DNA from: Chiloscyllium plagiosum
Taxonomy: Eukaryota
Reading direction: 5' to 3'
Assembly: GCF_004010195.1 (NCBI RefSeq)
Contig: NC_057751.1
Coordinates: 6,955,934 to 6,994,904, forward strand
DNA length: 38,971 bases
Shown here: in pieces, positions 22,905-33,399 of the stretch
Layout of the letters: each line of letters starts with the position of its first letter
Position numbering within the stretch: the stretch's first letter is position 1
The notes under the pieces: generated by a model
Seen by the model: the letters and a program-made list of their open reading frames with translations, nothing else
The model's database searches: none
What the model was told of the DNA's origin: nothing
Position numbers and translations under genes: made by a program

Positions 22905-23900
22905 ATTTGTCTTACACCTTTCAGGACTTCAGGATCCCATGAATGATTGAAATACTTGTGAAGTGTCATCTCTCTTGCAATCTAAGAAACATGGCAGTCA
23001 ATCTTTGCATACCAAGTTCTCTCAAACAGCAGATTAACAATGACAAGTTAATCTACTCTTATAATGTTGATTGACTGACAAATATTTGCCATGACCTTGG
23101 GAGAATGCTGCTGCTCTTCTTTGAATAATGGCATGGGAGCTTTTTTTAGTCTTTTTTTAATTTCAATTTCAAAAATATACTTTATTCATAAAAGATTTCT
23201 TTCACCTTGTCACAACTGCAGTTCAGTTCTGCACAGTAGCATATCAAGGAATTTGACTCTGATTTTGACTCTGACCAAACAAACTTCCATAGAACAAGAC
23301 TATATTTATGTGTATTTGAGACACCAAGAGAATCCGATAACTGAATGGACCACAATTTAACTTAGGCAGAAGGACTTTAGATCTTTCCCCACTGTGCTTT
23401 GGCGGCTATTGCCCCGAGATATAGTGTGTCGCACAACGCAGAGTCCTGTACCTAGGAATGTGCCAGTTTACAAGGTTCGGTCAGGGTTAACTCCTTGTTC
23501 TGGAAGACCACCAACTTTCGGACAGATCAAAGAGCATCTTGTCACCGAGTTGATGGTCCTTCAGGTGCAGTCCACGTTTCTCTCGGTGTACGTTCTAGGG
23601 AACAGACCACAGACGACAGAGTCCTGCATCATGGAGCTGCTCGGGACGAAACTCAACAAAAAAAACACTCCATCTTTTTGTGCAAAGGCACATTCCAGAA
23701 GGAGGGCAGTGAGCCATTGTGCAGGTAGACAGAATGTCGCTGGTAGTGCAGCAGAGTTTTGGTGTAATAAGTCATCCAAAAGGAGACATTTCAGTCCATG
23801 CAGCACTCTGTCATTACCACTACAGTTGGAATATCAGCATCAACAGTGTGGTCAGGCTTCTGAAGTGGTACTTGAACCTGTTGATTCAGAGATGAGAGTA
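22905..23900 (-). mobile_element. Deu-domain SINE (SacSINE1-like), split by a Tx1 insertion
   Basis: 22905-23145 matches the Deu-SINE 3' half (ggagaatgctgctgctcttctttgaataatggcatggga); 23770-23900 matches the 5' half (tgcagcactc...aagtggtacttgaacc). Confidence 0.65.
23141..23740 (-). mobile_element. L1/Tx1-clade LINE 3' fragment
   Basis: Minus strand LLLECAFAQK...SSSMMQDSVVCGLFPRTYTERNVDCT*RTINSV resembles the Tx1 ORF2 C-terminus; AATAAA and A-rich tail at 23141-23185. Confidence 0.7.
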
Positions 23901-23974
23901 CGACTCTTTGGGTCATCTATCAGTAAGATGACACCCCTTCCTTAACATCAGGGCTCACTTAGTTTTTTTAAAAA

Positions 23975-24210
23975 TTATTTATTCATGGGATGTGAGCACA
24001 CTGGCTAGGCATGAATTGCCCAGAGAGCAGTTAAAAGTCAACCACACTACTGTGGGTCTAGAGTCACTTGTTGACCAGACCAGGTAAGCACAGCAGATCA
24101 TTTCCACGAAAAGACATATTTAGTGGTTCTTTCCAGCAATCGACAGTGATTACATGGTCACCATTAGATTCACTTTTTTTTAAATTGAATTCAAATTTCA
24201 CCATCTTCTG
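23975..24210 (-). mobile_element. Second SINE family copy
   Basis: attcatgggatgtgagcacactggctaggc...tgtgggtctagagtcac...gaccagaccaggtaag. Confidence 0.65.
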
Positions 24211-24315
24211 AGCCACAAATCAGTGTTGCATGGAAAAGTCAGCACAGCATTTACTTTCTGCAAAAGGATTTGAAGCCACAACCTTCTCAATCAGAATCAC
24301 AGCACCTGCCACTTG

Positions 24316-24591
24316 AAAGGCAAGATAATTCTTTTAGCAAACACCAATGTTTAAAGCTTTGTTGCTTGTTCACGTTATGAACCCAGAATCACTTTCAATA
24401 AAATCTCTTTCGGAGAATGAGCAGTAACTAACTAATTTTCACCATAAGTTTGTTCAGCTTTAAAGAGGATTCAAGCTGCAGTCACACCAGCTAAAATACA
24501 GTCAAGACGATAACAGAATCAGTTTCCGACAACTATGGTTGCCGAAGCCTCCCATGTGTACTGTTGCAAATGGCAGGATCTTACAGTGTCA
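24316..24591 (+). repeat. Left copy of ~275-bp direct repeat flanking the CR1
   Basis: Colinear with 28428-28713 (gcaaacaccaatg, aaatctctt.cggagaatgagcagtaact.actaa, cagtcaagac...taacagaatca, ttgcaa.tggcaggatctta). Confidence 0.9.
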
Positions 24592-27500
24592 TCGAGTCAT
24601 AAAGTGGTACAACATGGAAAAAAGACTCTCGGTCCAACTCCTCCAAGCCGACGAGCTATCCTAAATTAATCTCATCCCATTTGCCAGCACTCGGCCCATA
24701 TCCTCTAAATCCATCCTATTCATGCACCCATCAGGAGTCTTTGAAATGTTGTAATTGTACCAGCCTCCACCAATTCCACTGACAGCTCATTTCATACAAG
24801 CACCACCCTCTGTGTGAAAAGGTTGCCCCTTAAAAAGTTTTCCCCCCTCACCCTAAACCTATGCCCTCTACTTATGGACACCCCCAATCCAGAGAAAAGA
24901 CCTTGTCTATTTACCCTATCCATGCCCCCCCCCCCCCCATGATATTCTAAACCTCTATAAGGTCACCCCTCAGTTTCCAACACTCCAGGGAAAACAGCCT
25001 CAGCCTATTCAGCCTCATCCTATAGTTCAAACTCTCCAACTCTGGCAACATTCTTGTAAATCTTTTCTAAATCTTTTCAAGTTTCACAGTACCCTTCTGT
25101 TAGGAGGGGGACTAGAAGTGGCCTAACCAATGTCTTGTGCAGCCACAACATGGCCTCCCAACTCCTATTATCAGTGGTCTGACCAATAAAGGAAAGCGTA
25201 CCAAACGCCTTATTCACTATCCGACCTACCTGCAACTCCATTTTGAAGGAACTATGGACCTGCACTCCAAGGTCTCTTTGTTCAGCAATACTCCCCAGAA
25301 CCTTGCCATTAAATGTATAACTCCTGCCCTGATTTGCCTTTCCAAAATGGAGCACCTCCCATTTATCTAAATTAAACTTCATCTGCCACCGCTCGACCCA
25401 TTGGCCCAGCTGATCGCGATTCAGTTTTCATCTGAGATAACCTTCAGTGTCCACTACACCTCCAATTTTGGCATCATCTGCAAACTTACTATCTATATCT
25501 CCTATGTTCACATCCAAATCATTTGTACAAATGACAAAAAGCAGTGCACCCAGCACTGATCCTTGTGGCACACCACTAGTCATAAGCCTCCAGTCTGAAA
25601 GGCAATCCTCTACCACCATGCTCTGTCTTCTACCTTCGAGTCAGTTCTATATCCAAATGGCAAGTTCTCCCTGTATTTCATTGATCTAACCTTGCGAGCC
25701 AGTCTACCATAAGGAACCTTGTTGAACGCCTCACTGAAGTCTATATAGATCATGTCCACAGCTCTGCCTCCTCAATCCTCTTTACTTCTTCCAACAACTC
25801 AATCAAGTACGTAAGACATGATTTCCCATGTACAAAACTATGTTGAATATCCATAATCAGTCTATGGCTATCCAAATACATGTAAGTCTTGACCTTCAAG
25901 AGTCTCTCTAAGAACCTCTGCACTACTAATGTCAGTCTTACCGGTCTGTAGTTCCCTGGCTTGTCCTTACTACCTTTCTTAAACAGTGGCACCACGTTAG
26001 CCAACCTCCAGTCTTCCAGCACCTCAACTGTGATTATTGATGATCCAAATATCTCAATAAGAGGCCCAGCAATCACTTCCCTAGCTTCCCACAGAGTTCT
26101 AGGGTACACCTGATCAGGTCTTGGGGATTTATCCACCTTTATGTGTTTTAAGACATACAGCACCTCCTCCTCTGTCATGTAGACATTTTTCATGATGTCA
26201 CCATCTGTTTCCCCACATTCTATGTGTTCTCCATGTCCTTCTCCACAATAAACACTGATGCAAAATACTCCCCCGACTCCTGTGGTTCCACACATTGGCT
26301 GCCTTTCTGACCTTTGAGGAGCTGTATTCTCTCCCTCATTTCCTTTTTGTCCCTCCTGTAATTATAGAATCCTATTGGATTCTTTTTACCCCTATTTGCC
26401 AAAGCTATCTCATGTCCCCTTTTTGCCCTTCTGATTTCCCCTTAAGTATACTCCTACTGCCTTTATAATCCTCTAAGGATTCACTCGATCTCTGCTGTCT
26501 GTAACTGGCACATGCTTCCTTCGTTTTCTTAACGAAAACCTCAATTTCTCAAGTCATCCAACATTTCCAAACCTTGGAGAAAGTGAGGACCGCAGATGCT
26601 GGAGATCAAAGTCGAAGTGGTGCTGGAAAAGCACAGCCGGTCAGGCAGCATCCGAGGAGCAGGAGAATCGATGTTTCGAGCATAAGCCCTTCATCAGAAA
26701 TGATTCCCTACACCTTACCAGTCTTGCCTTTCACCTGAACAGGAATATACTGGCTCTGGACTCTCATTATCTCACTTTTGAAGGCTTCCCCATTTTCCAG
26801 CCATTCCTTTATCTGTAACTTCTGCCCGCAATCACCTTTTGAAAGTTCTTGCCTAATACCATCAAAATTGGCCTTCCTCCATTTTATAACTTCAACGTTT
26901 AGATCCGGTCTATCATTTTCCATCACTATTTTAATACTAATAGAATCATAGTTGTTGGCCCCAAAATGCTCCCCCACTGACACTTCAGTCACCTGCCCTG
27001 CCTTATTTCCCAAGAGCAAGTCAAGTTTTGTACCTTATCTCGGAGGGACATCCGCATACTGATCAGAAAATTTTCTTGTCTACACTTAACAAATACCTTT
27101 CTATCAAAACCGTAAACACTGTGGCAGTTCCAGTCTGTGTTTGGAAAGTTAAACTACCCTCCAGAATCTCCTTTTTAAATTCCTGCCAAACTTCCTGTAT
27201 TCTTTCTTCAGAATCTGATCCTTTTCCCTTCCTATGTTATTAGTTCCAATGTGTCCAACGACCTCCTGCTGGTCCCTCTCCCCTTTGAGAATATTCTGCA
27301 CCCTCCCCAATATACCCTTGATCCTGGCACCAGGGAGGCAACACACCATTCTGATTTTTCACCGTTGACTGCAGAAATATCTGTCTGTGCCTCTGTCTGT
27401 CCCCTATCACAGTCAATTGCTTGGAACCTTAGGTACCCCTTATTACATTAGAACCAATCTCATTACCAGAAACTTGGCTGTTCATGCTACCTTCCCCTGA

Positions 27501-28427
27501 GAATCCATCACTCCCTACATTTTCCAAAACAGCAAACTTGTTTGTGAGGATAGCCACAGAAGACTCCTACACTACCTGCCTCCCACTCCTACCTTTCCTG
27601 GAGGCAACCCAACTACCTGACTGTATCTGCATTTTTTCTCCCTTCCTATAACTGCCATCCATCACACCCCTAGCTCCTGTAAATTCCTCATTGCCTCTAA
27701 CTGCCACTCCAACCGATCCATGCAGTCTGATAGGATTTGCAACCAAAGATACTTACTACAAACATAATCATCAGCAACATGGAAACGCTCCCTCCCACAT
27801 CTGGCAGGAAGAGCACATCACTCTACTAAATGCCATCTTTACTCCTTAACAATCTACAAACCCGAAAAATACTACTTTAAAAAAAACTGCTCTAGGCTAA
27901 CTTAGTACCTATCTTTTATATTTTTAAAATTTAATCAAGAGACAGATCTCAATAAAACACATAATCAAAAAAGAACCCACTGCACCCACTATTGTAAATT
28001 TACGGCAAGATTACGCGTTAAAAACTATGCACTTGTCTGTTCCTGTGCTGTGAGCTCTCCCATACAGGTTCCTCCAAGGTCAGCTATGAATTTTACTGTT
28101 TGTTCATTTTTCCTAGAACACTCCGATATCCAGACATACTTGAACTCAATTAGCTGTGCAGATTCACTGCTGTGTCAGACAGCAATGTAGGTTTCTTTCT
28201 CGAAACATGTGGTCTCTGCCTATTTCTGTCTTCTTCCTATTTAAAGTGCCATTGTTTTGATCATTTTTCCCCCAAAGTTCCAAAACAATGCAACAGCTTA
28301 TAAAACAGTAATTGCTGCTCCTGGAATTTGAGGAAATCACCTCCAGCACCGAAAAGACCTCAAGAAAGGAGCAGCTCTTCCAGCCACAGTTTTTCCTGTC
28401 CTCCATCTTGGATTAGCCAGGATCCTA
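24592..28427 (-). mobile_element. Near full-length decayed CR1 (HER1-like) LINE with internal deletion
   Basis: ORF1 zinc finger (VMCSSCQMW...DDYVCSK) and SGNH esterase (VCCLPGARI...HIGTNNI); ORF2 DKSPRPDQVYPRTL, WRLANVVPLFKKG, SGVPQGSVLG, KFADDAKIG, MKFNLDKWEVLHFG; 3' UTR ending in a (TCTATGAC)-like tail. Confidence 0.92.
26576..26702 (-). mobile_element. Non-inverted Penelope-terminus insertion with hammerhead core, nested in the CR1
   Basis: Minus strand CTGATGA-agggc-ttat-gctc-GAAA-cATC followed by the common ...gatgctgcctga...ttccagca...agcatctgcggtcctcactttctcc end. Degenerate ~14-bp TSD. Confidence 0.8.
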
Positions 28428-28713
28428 AGAGGCAAGATCATTTTTTGCAAACACCAATGCATGTAACTTTGAAAATCTGGTTGCATGTTCAAGTTGAGAA
28501 ACCAGAATTACTTTAAATGAAATCTCTTGCGGAGAATGAGCAGTAACTGACTAACTTTCACCTTATTCAGTTAGCTCAGCTTTGTGATGGGGTTCAGTCT
28601 GTCAGCACAGTTGCTGAAATTCAGTCAAGACACTAACAGAATCAATTTCAGACAACTACAGTTGCTGATCCCTTCTTTGTGTACCATTGCAACTGGCAGG
28701 ATCTTATGTGACA
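28428..28713 (+). repeat. Right copy of ~275-bp direct repeat flanking the CR1
   Basis: See 24316-24591. Confidence 0.9.
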
Positions 28714-29204
28714 ATATTTATTTGTTTTGAGCTAGAGAGAAGCCAGGCTTTTGTTTTGGCTTCATTGTTTGTCAGTTGATGCCTCTTAACTCTATACTGC
28801 TGCCATTGCATCACATGTTCTCTGCTGAAATGAAATACAAATCACTCTGTGACATGTAGATCTATCATACAATTTCAGCAGCTCCAACTGGTACAGCTTG
28901 AAGTCTGGATTGTTGGATTAAGTCCAAAGATAATAAGAAAACTTCCACATTAGCGAGGTACTGATATGAATGCTAAGAAGGAGATCCAAAATGCTCCCTG
29001 TTGCCTTCTGACCTGATGCCACAAGTCTGCTGCAGCTTCAATCAGTGTATTTGAGCAGACTTGTTATCTTTTTCCAACCAGGCAGTAAGTATTGCTGCAG
29101 AAGGTTCTGTTAGAATAGACTGACAACTAAGATGCAAACAACTACCCTGCCTTGTCACAACATGCAAAGCACCAGTGAGGCTGAGAGTCTGAAGATATTC
29201 TTTT

Positions 29205-29630
29205 TTATTATTCACAGGAAGAGAATGTCATTGACTGGACTAGCAGCTCAGAGGGTAGTTAAGTGTAAACCACATAGTTATTGGTCTGGAGTCACATGTA
29301 GACCAGATCAAGTAAGTAAGCCTGGCAGTTTCCTTCTGAAAAGACAACAGCGAATTTTCCGACATTTTCCTAATTAGACATTTTCCAACAATTGACAATG
29401 GTATCATGGTCATCATTAGACTCTTAGTTTCAGGACTTTTAAAATTAAATTCAAATTCTGGCAGAGCAAAATTTGAACACAGGTCCCCGAAACACTGCAT
29501 GGTCATCATTAGACTCTTAATTTCAGGATTTTTAAAATTAAATTCAAATTCTGGCAGAGCAAAATTTGAACACAGGTCCCCGAAACACTGCATGGGTCAC
29601 TGGATTAACAGTGTAGTGATAATACCATAA
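29205..29630 (-). mobile_element. Second SINE family copy with internal 93-bp tandem duplication
   Basis: Units 29405-29497 and 29498-29590 differ at 2 positions. Confidence 0.8.
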
Positions 29631-29749
29631 TATCACCCTCTCCCCTGCCGCCGAAGATCAAAAGAGAAGGTCTGGAAACCCTCAGCTTATTTACCCCTCA
29701 CTCATGAGATGTGCTCATTGCTTGCTGGCCAGCATTTATTGTTTGTCTA

Positions 29750-30112
29750 GTTACAAAGTCGTAGAGCTGCACAGGATGGAAACAGACATTTCGGTCCAAC
29801 TCGTCCATACCGATCAGACATCCTAAATTAATCAAGTCCCATTTGCCAGAATTTGGCCCATTTCCCTCTAAACCCTTCCTATTCATGTACCCATCCAGAT
29901 ACCTTTTAAGTGTTGTAATTGTACCAGCCTCCACCACTTCTGGGAGCACAAATCATACACGCACCACTCTCTGCATGAAAAAGTTTCCCATTAGATCCTT
30001 TAAAATCTTCTCCCTCTCACTTTTAATCTTGAACAGGTATGTGCACCACTCTCTGCATGAATAAGTTGCCCCTTAGATCCCTTTTAAATCTTCCCCTTTC
30101 ATCTTAAACCTT
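29750..30112 (-). mobile_element. CR1 3' fragment with a local ~70-bp duplication
   Basis: LPEVVEAGTITTLKRYLDGYMNRKGLEG; gcaccactctctgcatga occurs at 29961 and 30042. Confidence 0.85.
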
Positions 30113-30395
30113 TAACAAGTGCATCAGGGTAACAAAACAGATTGCAGGACACGGTGTTAGAGCTGCCGAGAAGGTGCAGAAAGGGATCAACATTACCATT
30201 TAAGAGGTCCATTCAAAAGTCTGATAACAGCAGGGATGAGGCTGTTCTTGAATCTCTTTGTATGTGTATTCAAACTTCTACATTTTCTGCCCCAACAGAA
30301 GAGGGTGGAAGAGAGTATAAACGGGGTGGGAGGGGTCTTTGATTATGTTGGTCGCTTTCCCAATGCAACAGGAAGTTTTGACTAAGTCAATGGAC
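30113..30395 (-). mobile_element. Rex1/Babar-like LINE 3' fragment
   Basis: Homologous to 37285-37560. Confidence 0.75.
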
Positions 30396-30778
30396 ACTGC
30401 TGCCACAGAACTCACGCCACTGAGTCTTGTCTCGCAACATCACTGGAGATCTTGACCAACAGTTTGAGAAGTCCCGCTGTCAGAGCCAGACTTTCCTGCC
30501 TGTCTGTTGCCCAGTGTTTTTTTTTAAGGTGATCCACACAATCTACTGCTGAGATTAAATTCAGCCATCTTCTGAATACCTCTTTCTCTGACTCAATATC
30601 CTTTTTGAGGACTCCTTTAGGAAACGGAGTGTGTGTAAAATGCCACAATGGCAGCAAAAGTGAAGCTGGTGATGCCACATTGCTGCAACAGAGCCCTTAT
30701 TTGCCATGCACTCGAGCTATTGTTCACCATGCTGAATAGTTGTGCATAGGAGCAGTGCCCAGCAGTAATTGGTGCTTG

Positions 30779-30957
30779 AAAAGCACAGCAGGTCATGGAA
30801 GTATCCTTGGAACAGGAGAGCTGACACTTCAGGCATAAGCTTATGCCCGAAACGTTGACTATCCTGCTCCTCAGATGCTGCCTGACCTGTTGTGCTTTTC
30901 CAGCGCCACACTTTTTGACCCTGACTCTCCAGCATCTGCAGTCCTCACTTTCTCCTC
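30779..30957 (+). mobile_element. Fold-back Penelope-terminus insertion
   Basis: Centre palindrome GGCATAAGCTTATGCC (30832-30847) followed by CGAAACGTT. 14-bp TSD gtaattggtgcttg / gtatttggtgcttg (30765-30778, 30958-30971). Confidence 0.85.
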
Positions 30958-31476
30958 GTATTTGGTGCTTGTGCAGTTGAGTGTTGGCAATGGGCAGTTA
31001 CTTGGCCATACAATCTACAATCAGTGAGTCTTTGACTGGGTGGAGGAAATGACGAGATGCAATAGCCCATTAAATGTGTGTAAGCATCAAATCCCAGAAA
31101 AAAACACTCACCACCCCCACCAGTTTGCGCACAGCCTGACTTATGTCACTGTGAATTACAGATGGATTGGACTTGATGGTGAACTGGAGACAAAGCTCAT
31201 GTACAGAGTTCAGCTTCTGTCCTCCTCTGACAGCTCATTCTGTGAGTGCTCAGACTGGCAAAAGGTGGAATGCAGTGTTTCACAGAGAACCATGCTGGGA
31301 CAGTGGTCATTCACCATTTTACACGCAAGGCCACTCCATTGCTGCACATCTGTGTTTCTGAGCATGGGCAGTCTCTGCACCACTCAGCAGGGGCATTGCC
31401 AATAAATGCAGCAATTTTTAAATATCTGGGATGTTCTTAACAGTGAAGACACTGTTACTTTAAAAGCATCTTTTTT

Positions 31477-31766
31477 AAGATTAGATTACTTACAGTGTGG
31501 AAACAGGCCCTTTGGCCCAACAAGTCCACACCGACACTCCAAAGAGCAACCCACCCAGACCCATTCCCCTACACCTAACACTACGAGCAATTTAGTATGG
31601 CCAATTCACCTAACCTGCACATTTTTGGATGGTGGGAGGAAACCGGAGCACCAGACACGGGGAGAACGTGCAAACTCCACACAGACAGTCGCCTGAGGCG
31701 GGAATTGAACCTGGTTTTCTGGCGCTGTGAGGCAGCAGTGCTAACCACTGTGCCACCGTGCCGCCC
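31477..31766 (-). mobile_element. HE1-type V-SINE
   Basis: Reverse complement closely similar to 1909-2220, with small deletions. Confidence 0.9.
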
Positions 31767-32284
31767 TCTTAGGGCAAGGGAAACATCTCGGTTTCTGTGG
31801 CTCTTGACTTACAAATAAGTCTTTGAATTGCAAGCTAGACTGGAAAATTTGCAATTTTCACAGTCGTCCAGACAGTGCTTCAGAAGTGTCGACATTTTCT
31901 TAAAATTATTGTTTGTGGACATCAGTGTCCAAAAATGGAACACAATTGTGCAAAATTCTTGTTTTAACGGAGGTGTTAAACATTTAATTATAAATGAGTT
32001 ATTACCCTAAATAGAATAGCTGATGAAGGAATAATGTTCAGTCTTTTTGATAAGTTGAGCGATGTGGGAAGGTGGCTGTCATCTGTGGAGATTTAATTCA
32101 ACATTCAGTTTATAACTTTGCTCATTATATGGCTGACAGCAACAAATAAGAATCAAAAATGACAATGATGGAAACACTGAATAGGTCAGTGAATATCTGT
32201 GCAGAGAAATAATGAACCTAACATTTCTGTACTCTTTAGTAGGTCCAGTATAAATACTGCTGGATAATGGTTTAAAATGCAACA

Positions 32285-32652
32285 CGGGGCTCAGTGGTTA
32301 ACCCCACACAGTGGCCCAGGGGAAGAGTAGGTAAATGAGGTGAGACCCGGGTTTGAATCCATCCTTGGGTGACTGACTGTGTGGAGTTTGCATGTTTTCC
32401 TCATGTCTGTGCGGGTTTCCTTTGGGTGCTCTGGTTCCTCCCCACATTCCAAAGATGTGCTGGTTAGGTGGATAGTTTGTGCTAAATTGCCCATAGTGTC
32501 CAGGGATATGCAGGCTCGGTGGGTTAGCCGTGGCAACTGCAGGGTTACGGGGATAGGGTAGGGGTTTGGATCTGAGTGGGATGCTCTTTGGAGAGTTGGT
32601 GCAGACTAGAAGGATCGAGTGGCCTGCTTCCACACTGTGGGGTTTTATGATT
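32285..32652 (+). mobile_element. Older HE1-type V-SINE variant
   Basis: ggctcagtggtta...ctgtgtggagtttgcatgttttcctcatgtctgtgcgggtttcc...gctaaattgccc. Confidence 0.82.
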
Positions 32653-33399
32653 TACGAACAACATGAAGGAAAAGGAAATGGAGACACATGCACATACAAA
32701 CAGAAACTCAGACACTCATACTAACACACACAAATGCACAGGGATAGGCTCGCACACAGAACATACTGACATGCAGGACTGCATTTTACCAAAGAACCTC
32801 GGCCTGCATCAGTTTTGAGTACTTTCCTGGACCATTTCTGTTTGTGAGTACCAGTGAGTTTTCTCATGCAATTCTTTGCCATTTGCCTCGATATGTATGC
32901 AACACATCTCCCTGGCTGCAATCTCATATCATTTTGTACTCAACAGTGGCCGAAGTACTCGCCACTGAAGGACCTTCAAGGATTCTCACCTCTCGCAGTC
33001 TAAAACCCATTTGTGCACTGGATCAATTGCGACCAGCTTCAACAAGTCCTTCACGGTGTAAGTCTTGAGAGGGAAATGAGAAATAACAGCTTCTGATAGC
33101 ACATAGGTGGCACAGGTAATACCCAATTGCAAACACAGTTTAACATTCGTAAATGCATTGGTGCTTGGCATCATTGCCTGTCTGATTGATTGTCATATTT
33201 ACTGACGCTCAAAAATCAAGCTGTCATCCAGAGTGCTACTCTTTCTCTTATGCACAGCACTACATAACCTTGCATCAGTAATCATTATGGGAGCACGTAT
33301 GTTGAATAGTCTTCAAACAGCTGAAAATGTTATTTCTTCATCGGACCGCAAGGAAGGTGAAAAGATAATTGCTTCACGCCCCCCAGATCAGATCCACTG

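Noticed and set aside
23394..23945. 183-aa + strand ORF
   Set aside because: Antisense reading of the Tx1 fragment and SINE.
26698..26710. Apparent hammerhead stem I (gaatc/gattc)
   Set aside because: The upstream half overlaps the host CR1/TSD sequence and is offset from the core, so the pairing is likely coincidental.
29240..29630. ORFs with a 31-aa repeat; CRISPR-like repeat
   Set aside because: A simple two-unit 93-bp tandem duplication in a SINE, with no spacers.
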